Both the position numbers and the translations under genes were made by a program. DNA of 64,000 nt from Thermodesulfobacteriota bacterium (GTDB lineage Bacteria; Desulfobacterota; Desulfarculia; JACQYL01). This document shows, one piece after another, positions 10,461 to 20,330 of the stretch (position 1 is the first letter of the stretch; each line of letters opens with the position of its first letter). The stretch lies in contig CAXXLZ010000002.1 of the NCBI GenBank assembly GCA_963675595.2, positions 1,888,001 through 1,952,000 of the forward strand, read 5' to 3'. A model generated the notes under the pieces. That model was given only the letters and a program-made list of their open reading frames with translations. It did no database searches and was not told the origin of the DNA.

Positions 10461-11371
10461 TTTATCACCCAAATAAATGCCGTCAGTGACAATGCCGCGG
10501 CCGCGATCATCATCTGCGGAAGCCGCAAGAGCCGCAGACGGGCCATGGTCGACTCGATGATACCAATCATGACGGCAATAAGAAAAATGCCGCCGATACC
10601 GATAATAAGATCGATGTGGGGGCTACCGGCGCGGAAAGGAAATGCGATTCCGATCAATAGCGCTGAGAACGTCCATAATTTCAAAGCAGATGCGTATTCA
10701 ATGAAGGCCAGGTCGATTCCGCCGTAATCCAGGATCATCACCTCATGGATCATGGTCAGTTCCAGATGGGTGGTTGGGTCGTCTACCGGTATGCGGGCAT
10801 TTTCAGTCAAAAGCACGATAATCAAGGCGCCGGTAATCAGAAGTACCGCTGCATTGGTCTGCGACGTTGATGTGGACCAAAGGGATTTTATCATACCGGA
10901 AAGATCAAGCTGTCCGGTTCCGGCGGCTAAGACCGCCAGACAGGTTAAGAAAATCGGTTCAGCCAGCAGGGAAAGCTGCATTTCGCGTGAAGCGCCCATG
11001 CCTTCAAAGGCCGATCCGGTATCCAGTGCGGCAAGAACAATGACAAATCGCATCAACCCTAAAATGTAAGCCAGAAAAATGATATCGCCGCGAAAAGACA
11101 GAACAGACCGATACCCCATGACAGGTATCAGGAGCAAAGCGGTCAGCGCCACGGACAGGCTGATGATGGGCGCTGCGCGAAATATCCATGACGTGGTTTG
11201 GCTGTAGACCGCGCCTTTATGCAACAGCTTGAACAGATCATAATAGGCTTGGAGCAGTGGCTGTCCTTTGCGGCCGCCGTAAAAGGCTTTGGTGCGATTG
11301 ATCACACCAACAAGTAAAGGCGATAGAATAAGCGCAGAAAACCATGACAGAATATGGAACAATGGATTCAT
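10457..11371 (-). CDS. hyfC: NuoH-like membrane subunit (HyfC/HycD)
   Basis: GRKGQPLLQAYYDLFKL, LDTGSAFEGMGASRE, ENARIPVDDPTTHLELTMIHE. Confidence 0.92.
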   Translation of the reverse strand: MNPLFHILSWFSALILSPLLVGVINRTKAFYGGRKGQPLLQAYYDLFKLLHKGAVYSQTTSWIFRAAPIISLSVALTALLLIPVMGYRSVLSFRGDIIFLAYILGLMRFVIVLAALDTGSAFEGMGASREMQLSLLAEPIFLTCLAVLAAGTGQLDLSGMIKSLWSTSTSQTNAAVLLITGALIIVLLTENARIPVDDPTTHLELTMIHEVMILDYGGIDLAFIEYASALKLWTFSALLIGIAFPFRAGSPHIDLIIGIGGIFLIAVMIGIIESTMARLRLLRLPQMMIAAAALSLTAFIWVIK

Positions 11372-11376
11372 GATGA

Positions 11377-13362
11377 TCACCTCCCCGTCAATACCAACAA
11401 TACGAGTACGGTCAGGGCGATATATAGAATATACAACTGGTTGCGCCCTTGTTGAAGGCGGTGCAGCCAAACGGCGACAGTATCTGAAAGCCGAAACAAT
11501 GGTTCAAACAGACAATTTCTGAACAGGTCAAAGGTGTGCGTGGAAAATCGGGCCTGCCTGGGAAAATCAATCTCTTCCATCTGAAAATGACGCTGTGTCC
11601 GTAAGATGTGGCGGAACATGTCAATAACCGGCTGAGCAAAGGAGGAGGCCGTGTATTGCATTCGAGCGTCGGGGGCGACATAACCGCAATCCCAGGTCAG
11701 GCCGGTTTCCACTGTTTGGCGACTGATGAGCCGACGTCGGATCAGGGTGACCGCGATGATAAAACCGAACAGAACGCCGGAAACAAGAGTTATCGGCGAC
11801 AGCAGCGGTAAAAACCCGGCGTTAAGGTCGGCTGCCGGGAGATGATGAAGCGACCTCACCGCAGGCAGTACCAGCCGGATGCAAAACGGCGCGGAAACGC
11901 CGATGGCGACACAAAAAAACGCAAGAATCGCCATGGGAAACCACATGCCCGGAGATGCCTCGTTTGCTTTCGCGGCATTCTCACTGCGGGGCGCGCCTAA
12001 AAAGATGATTCCGAAAACCTTGGTAAAGCAGGTGGCGGCCAGACCGCCGATCAATGCCAGGCTGATTATAACGATAATACCGGCGGCAATGACATGTCCT
12101 GACGCAGCGGTGTCGCTGATGAAGTTATATCCTCCCAGATAAATCAGAAATTCACTCACAAAACCGTTAAACGGCGGAATACCGCAAATTGAAATCGCTC
12201 CGACCAGAAACAGAAGTGCGGTTTTCGGCATTAATTTTTGCAGACCGCCGAGTCGGTCGATATCCAGCGTATGGGTCGCGTGTTTGACGATTCCGGCGCC
12301 AAGAAAAAGCAAGCTCTTAAAAATGGAGTGGTTGCAGACATGCAGCAACCCTCCGGTCAGCCCTAGGACAGCGATGAAGGGGTGCTGCGTTACGGTGCCG
12401 ATCAGCCAAAGGCCCAATCCCAGGCAGATGATGCCGATATTTTCAATGCTGTGATAAGCCAACAGCCGTTTCAGATCATGTTGCGGCAGGGCAAAGAGCA
12501 CCCCCAGGATACCGGAAGTCGCGCCGATGATCAGCAGGGTATAACCCCACCACAGTTCCGGCGGACCAAGCATTGGAATGACGCGTAAAAGACCATAAAT
12601 CCCGGTTTTGATCATAACACCGCTCATGACCGCCGATACATGGGAGGGCGCTGCCGGATGCGCCTCAGGCAGCCACACATGCAGCGGTATAAAACCCGCT
12701 TTTGCACCGAAACCGAGCAAGGCCAGAATAAAGAGCACCCCTGCCGTGAAGGGGCTCGACGGCCATGCCATACGATCAAAATCCAGATTGATGTCCGATC
12801 CCGCAAGGAGCACGAACAAGGCTATCAGGCAGCCGGCCCCGAAATGGGCGGCAATCATATATGTCCAGCCGGCCTGGCGAACCTCCTGTTTCTCATGCTC
12901 GAACATCACCAGAAAGAAGGAGGACAAGGACATCCCTTCCCAGGCCATGATAAACAGAACCCCGTTACGGGCCATGACAACCAGCAGCATACTGGCGAAC
13001 AGAAGGTTATAAAAACACCATGTCACGCCCATGTTCTTATGCCCTTCATAGTCTTTCAGATAACCGACCCCGAAAGCCGCGCAGATGGCGCAGACAAAGG
13101 AGATGATGATGATAAACAGCGCGGAAAGGGGATCAACGGCAATAAAAAAGCTGCCAAAGGGAATCGACCAAGCCAATTGATGTGAAATCGTCCGGCCGGT
13201 CCAGAGGATGTTAATGGCCGGAATGATGGACAACACCGTGCCCGTTATGCAAACGGCCATTCCCCAGAACGTCCCCTGCCTGCCGGAGTTTTTCAACAAA
13301 GCGCCGGAAATGCCGCCAAGCGTCAAAATCGCAACTGAAAGTAACAATATGTTTATCATCAT
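11377..13362 (-). CDS. hyfB: Antiporter-like membrane subunit (HyfB/HycC, NuoL family)
   Basis: AWEGMSL, GAKAGFIPLHVWLPEAHPAAPSHVSA, KRLLAYHSIENIG, TWDCGY, MQYTASSF. Confidence 0.92.
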   Translation of the reverse strand: MMINILLLSVAILTLGGISGALLKNSGRQGTFWGMAVCITGTVLSIIPAINILWTGRTISHQLAWSIPFGSFFIAVDPLSALFIIIISFVCAICAAFGVGYLKDYEGHKNMGVTWCFYNLLFASMLLVVMARNGVLFIMAWEGMSLSSFFLVMFEHEKQEVRQAGWTYMIAAHFGAGCLIALFVLLAGSDINLDFDRMAWPSSPFTAGVLFILALLGFGAKAGFIPLHVWLPEAHPAAPSHVSAVMSGVMIKTGIYGLLRVIPMLGPPELWWGYTLLIIGATSGILGVLFALPQHDLKRLLAYHSIENIGIICLGLGLWLIGTVTQHPFIAVLGLTGGLLHVCNHSIFKSLLFLGAGIVKHATHTLDIDRLGGLQKLMPKTALLFLVGAISICGIPPFNGFVSEFLIYLGGYNFISDTAASGHVIAAGIIVIISLALIGGLAATCFTKVFGIIFLGAPRSENAAKANEASPGMWFPMAILAFFCVAIGVSAPFCIRLVLPAVRSLHHLPAADLNAGFLPLLSPITLVSGVLFGFIIAVTLIRRRLISRQTVETGLTWDCGYVAPDARMQYTASSFAQPVIDMFRHILRTQRHFQMEEIDFPRQARFSTHTFDLFRNCLFEPLFRLSDTVAVWLHRLQQGRNQLYILYIALTVLVLLVLTGR

Positions 13363-14069
13363 GATGCAGATCTCTTTGTGGTTGATGCCATTTGAGAAAC
13401 ATGGAGGTCCAAATCAGCGGCGGCCTGAAGGATTTCCTCCCGTGAACCATTATGCGCGATGACTTTTGAAAAACGATCGTACCGCAAGCCATAGGATATT
13501 TTGGACAACAGGCTTAAATGTGCTTTGACGGTCGGACTGACGATGGTGAACAAAGTGCGCACGGGCAGGCCGTCGATGGCTTGAAAGTCAATTGGATTTT
13601 CCAGAAAACAGATTGACACCAGCGCCCGGTTTATGTGCAGAGTAATCGGACTGCGGGCATGCGGGATGGCAATCCCGTTTCCAACGGCGGTTGATCCCAA
13701 CGATTCTCTTGCCAAAAGAACCTGGAATAAGAAATCCCGATCTACTTCTTGCGGCAGCGCCAGAATATCGACCACACTTTGCAGTACGCTAGCCTTGTCG
13801 CCGCCTTCGACATGATAATGAATCCCACCGGTTTTCAAGGCTTCAGCCAGGGAAGGGATATAGGTATCTTCAGGTTCTTCCAGCAGTTTGGGTGAAATCG
13901 ACATTTTGTTGGATATTACCCATTCCAAAAGCTCGGGCCGATTGAACCGGTATTGGTTGTTTACTTGGTGAACCGGCAATTTTTTCTGGGCAATCCAGCG
14001 ATAAATGGTTTTTTCCGATACATCCAATAACTCGGCAGCGTCTTTGACACGGAGCTTCATTGGTGCCAT
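13359..14069 (-). CDS. Xis/BldC-like HTH (HTH_17) fused to a PTS enzyme IIA (Ntr/Fru-type) domain; probable operon regulator
   Basis: N-terminal VKDAAELLDVSEKTIYRW...QYRFN; C-terminal ARESLGSTAVGNGIAIPHAR with the phospho-acceptor His. Alternative start at 14060. Confidence 0.9.
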   Translation of the reverse strand: MAPMKLRVKDAAELLDVSEKTIYRWIAQKKLPVHQVNNQYRFNRPELLEWVISNKMSISPKLLEEPEDTYIPSLAEALKTGGIHYHVEGGDKASVLQSVVDILALPQEVDRDFLFQVLLARESLGSTAVGNGIAIPHARSPITLHINRALVSICFLENPIDFQAIDGLPVRTLFTIVSPTVKAHLSLLSKISYGLRYDRFSKVIAHNGSREEILQAAADLDLHVSQMASTTKRSAS

Positions 14070-14100
14070 CCTCTCCTCATGTCGTATTTATACCCATAAT

Positions 14101-14144
14101 TGGACATTTATGGACATCGTGTGACTTTGATTGTCTTTTGTCAA
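14101..14144 (-). promoter_or_regulatory. Putative sigma70 promoter of the Ehr operon with overlapping direct repeats
   Basis: Minus strand TTGACA-N17-CACGAT; TGGACAT repeated 10 bp apart at 14101 and 14111. Confidence 0.55.
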
Positions 14145-14188
14145 GAGAACTGGAGTTTAGAGTCCGGCGACCCTTTGGCATAGGTAAA

Positions 14189-15060
14189 ATGCGAATAACT
14201 TCAAGGAATTACTTGACATTGCCGCGCGGATGCGCGGCCGCCTTGGGGGGCAACCAACGGATTCGACGGCTCAAGCACTTGAGCTCCTGTCGCAGTGGAT
14301 TTCCTTTCAATCTCAGGCCGTTCCGTGCAGAATCGCTCCGACTCTTCCGGCACTCCTGATGGGATGTATGGTCTGCCGCAGCGGCCATATTTCTTCCGCG
14401 CTTCCGGCAGTCCGACCCCGGTTGTCCTGGACCGCCTATTACAGGGCCGGCGAAAAAGGCCGGTTCCAATGGCTCGCACTGGCCCGGCAATGGATGCACC
14501 TCATCCTGAAGCGGATTCCAAACCGATCCATCGAGTTCACCATAGACGACTTCCCTTTGCCTCAATCGTCCAAGAACGCTCCCTGCGCCGCTTGGCATTA
14601 CGATCACGCACACCGACCCAACCGCCCCAAATTCCTGTGGGGACAGCTTCGGGTTTCTCTGGCGTTCATCTGCCGCCACAAGGGCCGGGTAGCCGCATTT
14701 CCCCTCTTGTTTCGGCTCATCCGCAAGAAAGGGAACACGACCAAACTGGACGCAGCATGGCTCTTGATGTCCGTTCTCATGACCTGGCTGCCGGATCGCT
14801 TTCTCCTTATTCCGCTGCTCGATGCCTGGTATATGAAAAGCTTCATGGTGCTTCCCCTGATTCGCGAAGGTGTGACGGTCATCGGCCAAGTCCGCAAAGA
14901 TACCGCCCTGTTTTTGCCTCCGGACAATCCGCCTCGGAAGAAACGGAACAGACCCGGAAGGTATGGGCAAAAACTCACCTTGGAAAACATCGAACGATTG
15001 TGTTGTCCGGTGGAGAGAACCCTCTTTGCCTACGGGTCGGAACGAGTTTTCCGCCTGCGG
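14189..15060 (+). pseudogene. IS701-family DDE transposase, frameshifted near the start and truncated at the C-terminus
   Basis: FTIDD...SSKNAP...HYDH...FLWGQ, LLDAWY, IGQVRKDTALF, RPGRYGQKL; the start segment MRITSRNYLTLPR is in a different frame; similarity appears to end near 15060. Confidence 0.75.
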
Positions 15061-15277
15061 CGAAAGAATAATCCGGGTAGTCGTTTTGCCGGTGGTATTG
15101 CTGAAATGAACAGGGCCGGGTACGGTTGCGGGTTGTGCCGGTGAAGGTGCCGATGGAGCCGATTACCTGCCAACCGACCCAGGTCGGAAAGGTCGCGTCA
15201 TGCTTCATCGCCCGACAGGCGAGGGCCCTGCACTCGCTACGACATGACCTCGAAGTTCGTACGCATTCAGGAGGACT

Positions 15278-15430
15278 CCCGCTTTGCTCCTACGAATCGC
15301 CTACGGAATTCGCAAAACGCACAGCGTGTACCGTCCAACGTAGTAACATACTTCGAGTTTTTAGGAAGGAGCCCGAGGGAACCCTTTTTTCAAAAAGGGT
15401 TCCCTCGGATACCCCCATGAATGCTCACCG
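15278..15430 (+). repeat. About 150-bp dispersed repeat with a REP-like palindrome, copy 1
   Basis: CGAATCGCCTACGGAATTCGCAAAAC...GGAAGGAGCCCGAGGGAACCCTTTTTTCAAAAAGGGTTCCCTCGGAT; aligns with 27866-28020. Confidence 0.75.
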
Positions 15431-15434
15431 AAGT

Positions 15435-17831
15435 TCAAAGAGGAGCCGGCGGGATCATTTCCCACAACAGGCAAACTCGGACATTGTAGATATCGCCGCG
15501 TCGAGGCCTGATGGTGAACCCCTCTCTTTCCACCCGGCTTTCATCGAAGCGTTCGGCAAGTTCATTGACGGCCCGGGCCTGCTCGTCTTCCAGTTGGGCC
15601 ATTTCTCCCTCGATAAGCCTCACGGCTTCCTCGGCCCTCCGAACGTCGTCCTTTTCTTTGGCAATTCTGCCCGCTTTCCTGATCCCGCCGGCCGTTCGGT
15701 TTACGGTGGTTGAAGACAGCGCTTTGCGGCCCAAGAAGGCCCCCAGAACCGCAGTCCCGAAAGAGATCAAGGTGTCCGTGGTTCTCACCGAAACATCGCT
15801 CTTTTCCTTTTCGATTCTCGCAAGAGCGGTATCGAGTTTTTTTTGCAGACGATCGCGCCTGGTCTTGAAACCGGCGAGCAGTTTCTCCGCAGCCGCCTCC
15901 TTCTGTTCGCGCAGTCCGTCACGAATACGTACGGCAAAATCCGCTTCACTTTCCCCTGGTCGCGACTCGAGTTTCAATGACGGGGCACGCAGTAGTTCCA
16001 GGCGTTGCGTCTGATAGAGATGGTTGGAGAAATCCTTTTCGTAGGTTTGAAGACTCTTCAGTGATGAGAAAGCGCCCGGCAAACCGTAGAATGAACTCCC
16101 GTCCGGCGGCGCATCCGTGCATTCATCCAAGTTGATGGTGAGTGGTTCGGCATCGGACCATTGCAGATCGTCCGAGGTTTCATCCAGATAGATCCGGAAA
16201 CGATAGTCCCTCCTCTCATCGATATTGCGTCTAGAGTCGCGAAAGCGCACCGAGGCGCAGGCTGCGAGCCAGGGCTCGAACACAACCTGCTCCGCAAGTA
16301 CGGGAGGCAGATAAAAGCGCTGCGCCACGCCTTCGCTGAGCAAAGGGGGGCCCTCCCCCAAATCGCCGGTCCGCTCCACCGGATCCACAGCCGGGGTCCC
16401 CAGATCAGCCGCCGCATCCCGTCGTCCCTGCATCAAGGATCCGATGTCCTGCAGGCTCATGGGGCCTTTCAAGTATGACATGGCCCAGCGAGTCTCGAAA
16501 AGTAACGGCTCGTCGTAATGAGCCGAAGACAGAAGAAACCGCCGTGGTTTCATGTCGGCGAGCATGTTGCGGACCGCCGCCCGGTCCAGCAAGCCGTGAC
16601 TTGCCCCGACGATTCCGTCGAGCACCCGGTTCTGGTCTTGGGTCGTCTGCAGGCGGCCTACAAACCAGCTGCCGATATTGGACAACCCTTTGTAGTCGAG
16701 GTCTACCGGGTTCTGGGTGGCCAGCACGACACCGACACCGAAGGCCCTGGCCTGCTTGAGCAGAAGCAACATGGGTTTCTTGGAGGGTGGATTGCCGTTG
16801 GATGGGAAATAGCCGAAAATCTCGTCCATGTAGAGCAACGCCTTCAGCGAAGAGGTGCCCCGCTGAACCCGCATCCAGCCGATAACGGCATTGAGGAGCA
16901 GGGTGACGAAGAACATGCGCTCAGGCTCGCTGAGGTGAGAGATGAAGAAGATGGACGTTCTGGGCTTTCCGTCATCGCCATAAAGGATGCGCTGGATATC
17001 GAGGGCCTCGCCCTGGAGCCAGGAGCCGAAAAATGGGGCGGCAATCAAGTTGTTGATCAGCATGGCCAGATTCATGCGCTCCGGTTGCGGAAAAACACTC
17101 GAAAGTCCGAAAGCGCCCATTTTGTCGAAAGGCGGATTCACAATGGCGCCGATGAGAGATTCAATCGACAAATCTTCGCCTTTGCGCCAATGATGAAGAA
17201 GGATGGACGAGATCAGGATATGCTCTTTGCTGGTCAAAGGGTCGCCCTGGATGTTCACAAGGGACAGCAGACTCGTTGCGGTTGAGCCGACCAACGCGTT
17301 CAGTCCGTCTTGGTCCGACAGGATATCCGGCGCCGGGGCATGGAACCCGGACAATATGGATACCGGAATGCCGCTGTTGCTGCCCGGCGTATAGACCGTC
17401 ATTACCGTCTTGTCCCGCAAGGCTGCGATGCGCTCGCCCCCTTGGCCCCAAGAAGCCAGACCTTCGCGCCAGTTCCTCGCCGTCTGTTCGGCAAGATCGG
17501 CAACGGACATATTCTTGCGTGAAGCCTCGGCCGGATCGATCCAAGGTTCAAAATCCGCGGACTTCAGTTCCGGAAAACCCAGCAGCAAATTGACCATATC
17601 CCCTTTGGGGTCGATAATGATCGAAGGGATGTTGTCCATGACGGCCTCTTCGATGAGGCCGATCCCCAGACCGGTCTTTCCACTGCCCGTCATGCCGATG
17701 ATCACGCCGTGCGTTGTGAGATGCTTGCTTTTGTAGAGAAACGGCATGTCCGTATCCGGCTTGTCGCCGACGTGCGCTTCTTTTCCCAGATAGAACAACC
17801 CGAGTTTTTCATAGGGATGATTCAAATCCAC
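15435..17831 (-). CDS. HerA/FtsK-superfamily (DUF87-like) P-loop ATPase with a C-terminal coiled coil
   Basis: Walker A GMTGSGKT, IIDPKGD, Walker B LLYMDE, KQARAFGVGVVLATQNP; start set at GTG 17831 after GAGG. Confidence 0.85.
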   Translation of the reverse strand: MDLNHPYEKLGLFYLGKEAHVGDKPDTDMPFLYKSKHLTTHGVIIGMTGSGKTGLGIGLIEEAVMDNIPSIIIDPKGDMVNLLLGFPELKSADFEPWIDPAEASRKNMSVADLAEQTARNWREGLASWGQGGERIAALRDKTVMTVYTPGSNSGIPVSILSGFHAPAPDILSDQDGLNALVGSTATSLLSLVNIQGDPLTSKEHILISSILLHHWRKGEDLSIESLIGAIVNPPFDKMGAFGLSSVFPQPERMNLAMLINNLIAAPFFGSWLQGEALDIQRILYGDDGKPRTSIFFISHLSEPERMFFVTLLLNAVIGWMRVQRGTSSLKALLYMDEIFGYFPSNGNPPSKKPMLLLLKQARAFGVGVVLATQNPVDLDYKGLSNIGSWFVGRLQTTQDQNRVLDGIVGASHGLLDRAAVRNMLADMKPRRFLLSSAHYDEPLLFETRWAMSYLKGPMSLQDIGSLMQGRRDAAADLGTPAVDPVERTGDLGEGPPLLSEGVAQRFYLPPVLAEQVVFEPWLAACASVRFRDSRRNIDERRDYRFRIYLDETSDDLQWSDAEPLTINLDECTDAPPDGSSFYGLPGAFSSLKSLQTYEKDFSNHLYQTQRLELLRAPSLKLESRPGESEADFAVRIRDGLREQKEAAAEKLLAGFKTRRDRLQKKLDTALARIEKEKSDVSVRTTDTLISFGTAVLGAFLGRKALSSTTVNRTAGGIRKAGRIAKEKDDVRRAEEAVRLIEGEMAQLEDEQARAVNELAERFDESRVEREGFTIRPRRGDIYNVRVCLLWEMIPPAPL

Positions 17832-18585
17832 GGCGGACCTCGTTTCCCAATGGTTCCAGGTGAGACGGCGGACGGGATCAACATCGCCCCCACGTCGATC
17901 AGGCATGACATGGACTAGTTATTTATTTTGAAACGAAGTCAAGTTCTCGTGCCCGGTGAGCTCCTTTGGCGGCGTTTGTCCGATATAGAGAGAATAGTCG
18001 GTTGGAGGGCGTGCGTGGCCGTGTGCTAGGGCCTCTGAAGGCGGGAAGAAAAGCCAAGACACCGAAAATACCAGGTAAGTAGGATAGGCGTTTCTTGTCT
18101 TAGCAATGGCCGGAGTCCATCACTATTAAAGGCATACCCACAACGACGCAAGTTCCGGCCCTGTCGGTCCTCCAATTCGGCTTAGAGTGGAGGAAACCGC
18201 TTGAAATCAATACCATATTGCATTTGATGCCCTATCCGATTATAATTTTTTCAATAACAATCGGAGATTTTGAAAGATATCATTGTCAGAGCAGGATTCT
18301 CCTGTTTGTCCGACCTCATGTATCGACTCGTTTGAATAAGAAAACCGTTCGGGGGGGGTAGTATGAAGAGGAACGGGACTTCTTGCGACTGCAAGAGTTC
18401 ACGGATAGGCCACTATAAGGTATAGACATTTCGCCGATCGATTGGAAAGCACGCCCGAGCATGAGCTCCGGCCACGCAAAGCCGGACAAGGGGAAAAGCC
18501 ACAACGAGATAGGTTAATCTGTCCGACAATGACAAAATCATACCAAACATGAAACCAGCTGAAATTGTTTTGATAAAGGTGAGTC

Positions 18586-19761
18586 ATGCAGATTGAAAGC
18601 ATCGAAATCCGCAACTATCGATTGTTCCGTTTGGCGGAATTGAAGAATCTGCCGCGCCTAACTATTGTTGTCGGAGCCAATGGTTCAGGCAAATCGACCC
18701 TTTTCGACGTTTTCAGCTTCCTCAAAGAAGCCCTGGCGCAAAATGTGGCGGCGGCAGTGGCCAGGAGGGGCGGATTTCGGGAATTAGTCAGTCGTGGTGA
18801 AAAAGGACCAATCGCAATCATCGTGAAGTTTCGAGAGACTGGAGGAAGGCTTGCAACATACCAACTAGAGATTGGCGAAGATATGGGCCGGCCGGTCGTG
18901 GCTCGGGAGGTGCTGAAATTTAGACGTGGGCAACATGGTCAGCCATGGCACTTTGTGGATTTTTCGAAAGGGAAAGGGACAGCGATTACCAACGAGGCAG
19001 CCTACGGACAGAAGGGCGTGGAAGCCGAGCGAAAGGAGTATGTGCTCGACGATCCCGGCGTCCTGGCAATCAAGGGACTGGGGCAATTCAAGGAATTTAG
19101 GGTTGTAGCAGAATTTCGCAGCCTTATCGAGAATTGGCATATATCCGATTTCCATATAGCGGAAGCTAGGCCGAGTGCCGACGCAGGATACGCGGAACAT
19201 CTCACAACACGGGGAGATAACATAGCCCAAGTGGCCCAATACCTTTACGAAAACCATCCTGATTGTTTTAGCCGAATACTTCAAGCCATGCGACAACGTG
19301 CACCTGGAGTGGACAAAGTGGACGCGATACCGACCGAGGATGGTCGACTGGTGCTTCGGTTCCAAGATGGGAGCTTCAAAGATCCTTTTATTGCCCGCTA
19401 TGTTTCCGACGGCACGATCAAAATGTTCGCTTACTTGGTGATGCTTTACGATCCCAAGCCACACCCGCTCTTGGCTGTGGAGGAACCGGAAAATCAATTG
19501 TATCCGGATCTGCTGTATGAGTTGATCGAGGAATTCCGAGACTACGCTGGGCGCGGAGGCCAAGTGTTCGTTTCAACGCACTCCCCGGACTTTTTGAACG
19601 GCGCACAATTAGAGGAAATCTACTGGTTAGTCAAAAAGGACGGTTTCACCGAAACCAGACATGCATCCGAAAATGGGTTGCTGCGAAAGCTGATCGACGA
19701 AGGAGATAAGCCCGGAGCACTATGGAAGCAAGGGCTATTCGAAGGAGCCGGCCCGAAATGA
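18586..19761 (+). CDS. Soluble ABC-type (AAA_21/AAA_15-like) ATPase
   Basis: IEIRNYRLF, Walker A GANGSGKS, signature VSDGT, Walker B/D-loop AVEEPENQLYP, H-loop STHSP; no TM domain. Confidence 0.92.
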   Translation: MQIESIEIRNYRLFRLAELKNLPRLTIVVGANGSGKSTLFDVFSFLKEALAQNVAAAVARRGGFRELVSRGEKGPIAIIVKFRETGGRLATYQLEIGEDMGRPVVAREVLKFRRGQHGQPWHFVDFSKGKGTAITNEAAYGQKGVEAERKEYVLDDPGVLAIKGLGQFKEFRVVAEFRSLIENWHISDFHIAEARPSADAGYAEHLTTRGDNIAQVAQYLYENHPDCFSRILQAMRQRAPGVDKVDAIPTEDGRLVLRFQDGSFKDPFIARYVSDGTIKMFAYLVMLYDPKPHPLLAVEEPENQLYPDLLYELIEEFRDYAGRGGQVFVSTHSPDFLNGAQLEEIYWLVKKDGFTETRHASENGLLRKLIDEGDKPGALWKQGLFEGAGPK

Positions 19762-20330
19762 GTCGAATAGTGCTTCTGCTCGAAGAACGATCCATGAAAG
19801 CACTTCTTGAGGGGCTCTTGCCACGCTTATGGCCGGACATGAGATTCATTTGTATTCCTCACGAGGGCAAGAAGGATTTGGAGAGAAGCATCCCCCGGAA
19901 GCTCCGAGCTTGGCACGAGCCGGGTGCGAGGTTCGTAGTGGTTCGAGATAACGATGGCGGCGACTGTCACGCTTTGAAAAAGGAGCTAAGAGCATTGTGC
20001 AATCAGGCCGGTCAGGCCCATGTTCTAGTTCGAATCGCCTGCCAGGAGCTGGAAGCTTGGTATTTCGGAGAACCGGAGGCCATGGCCGGAGCCTTTGGCA
20101 ACGTTCAACTCAAAACGATCGGAAACAAAGCTCGATTCCGTAATCCAGACGCAATTCCTAGCCCTTCTAAAGCAATTACGGAAATAGTGCCTGGTTTCCA
20201 AAAAATCGCAGGAGCACGCAGGATGGCATCTCACCTCAGTCGCAACGGAAACCGTTCTTCCAGTTTCCAGGCTATGCTGGACGGGCTCGAACGGGTATTT
20301 ACGTCTATGCAAAAAACAGCATCGATATAG
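19758..20330 (+). CDS. DUF4276-family TOPRIM-like protein
   Basis: IVLLLEE, HEGKKDL, VVVRDND (DxD), QELEAWYF, NRSSSF; ATGA overlap with the ATPase stop. Confidence 0.8.
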   Translation: MSRIVLLLEERSMKALLEGLLPRLWPDMRFICIPHEGKKDLERSIPRKLRAWHEPGARFVVVRDNDGGDCHALKKELRALCNQAGQAHVLVRIACQELEAWYFGEPEAMAGAFGNVQLKTIGNKARFRNPDAIPSPSKAITEIVPGFQKIAGARRMASHLSRNGNRSSSFQAMLDGLERVFTSMQKTASI

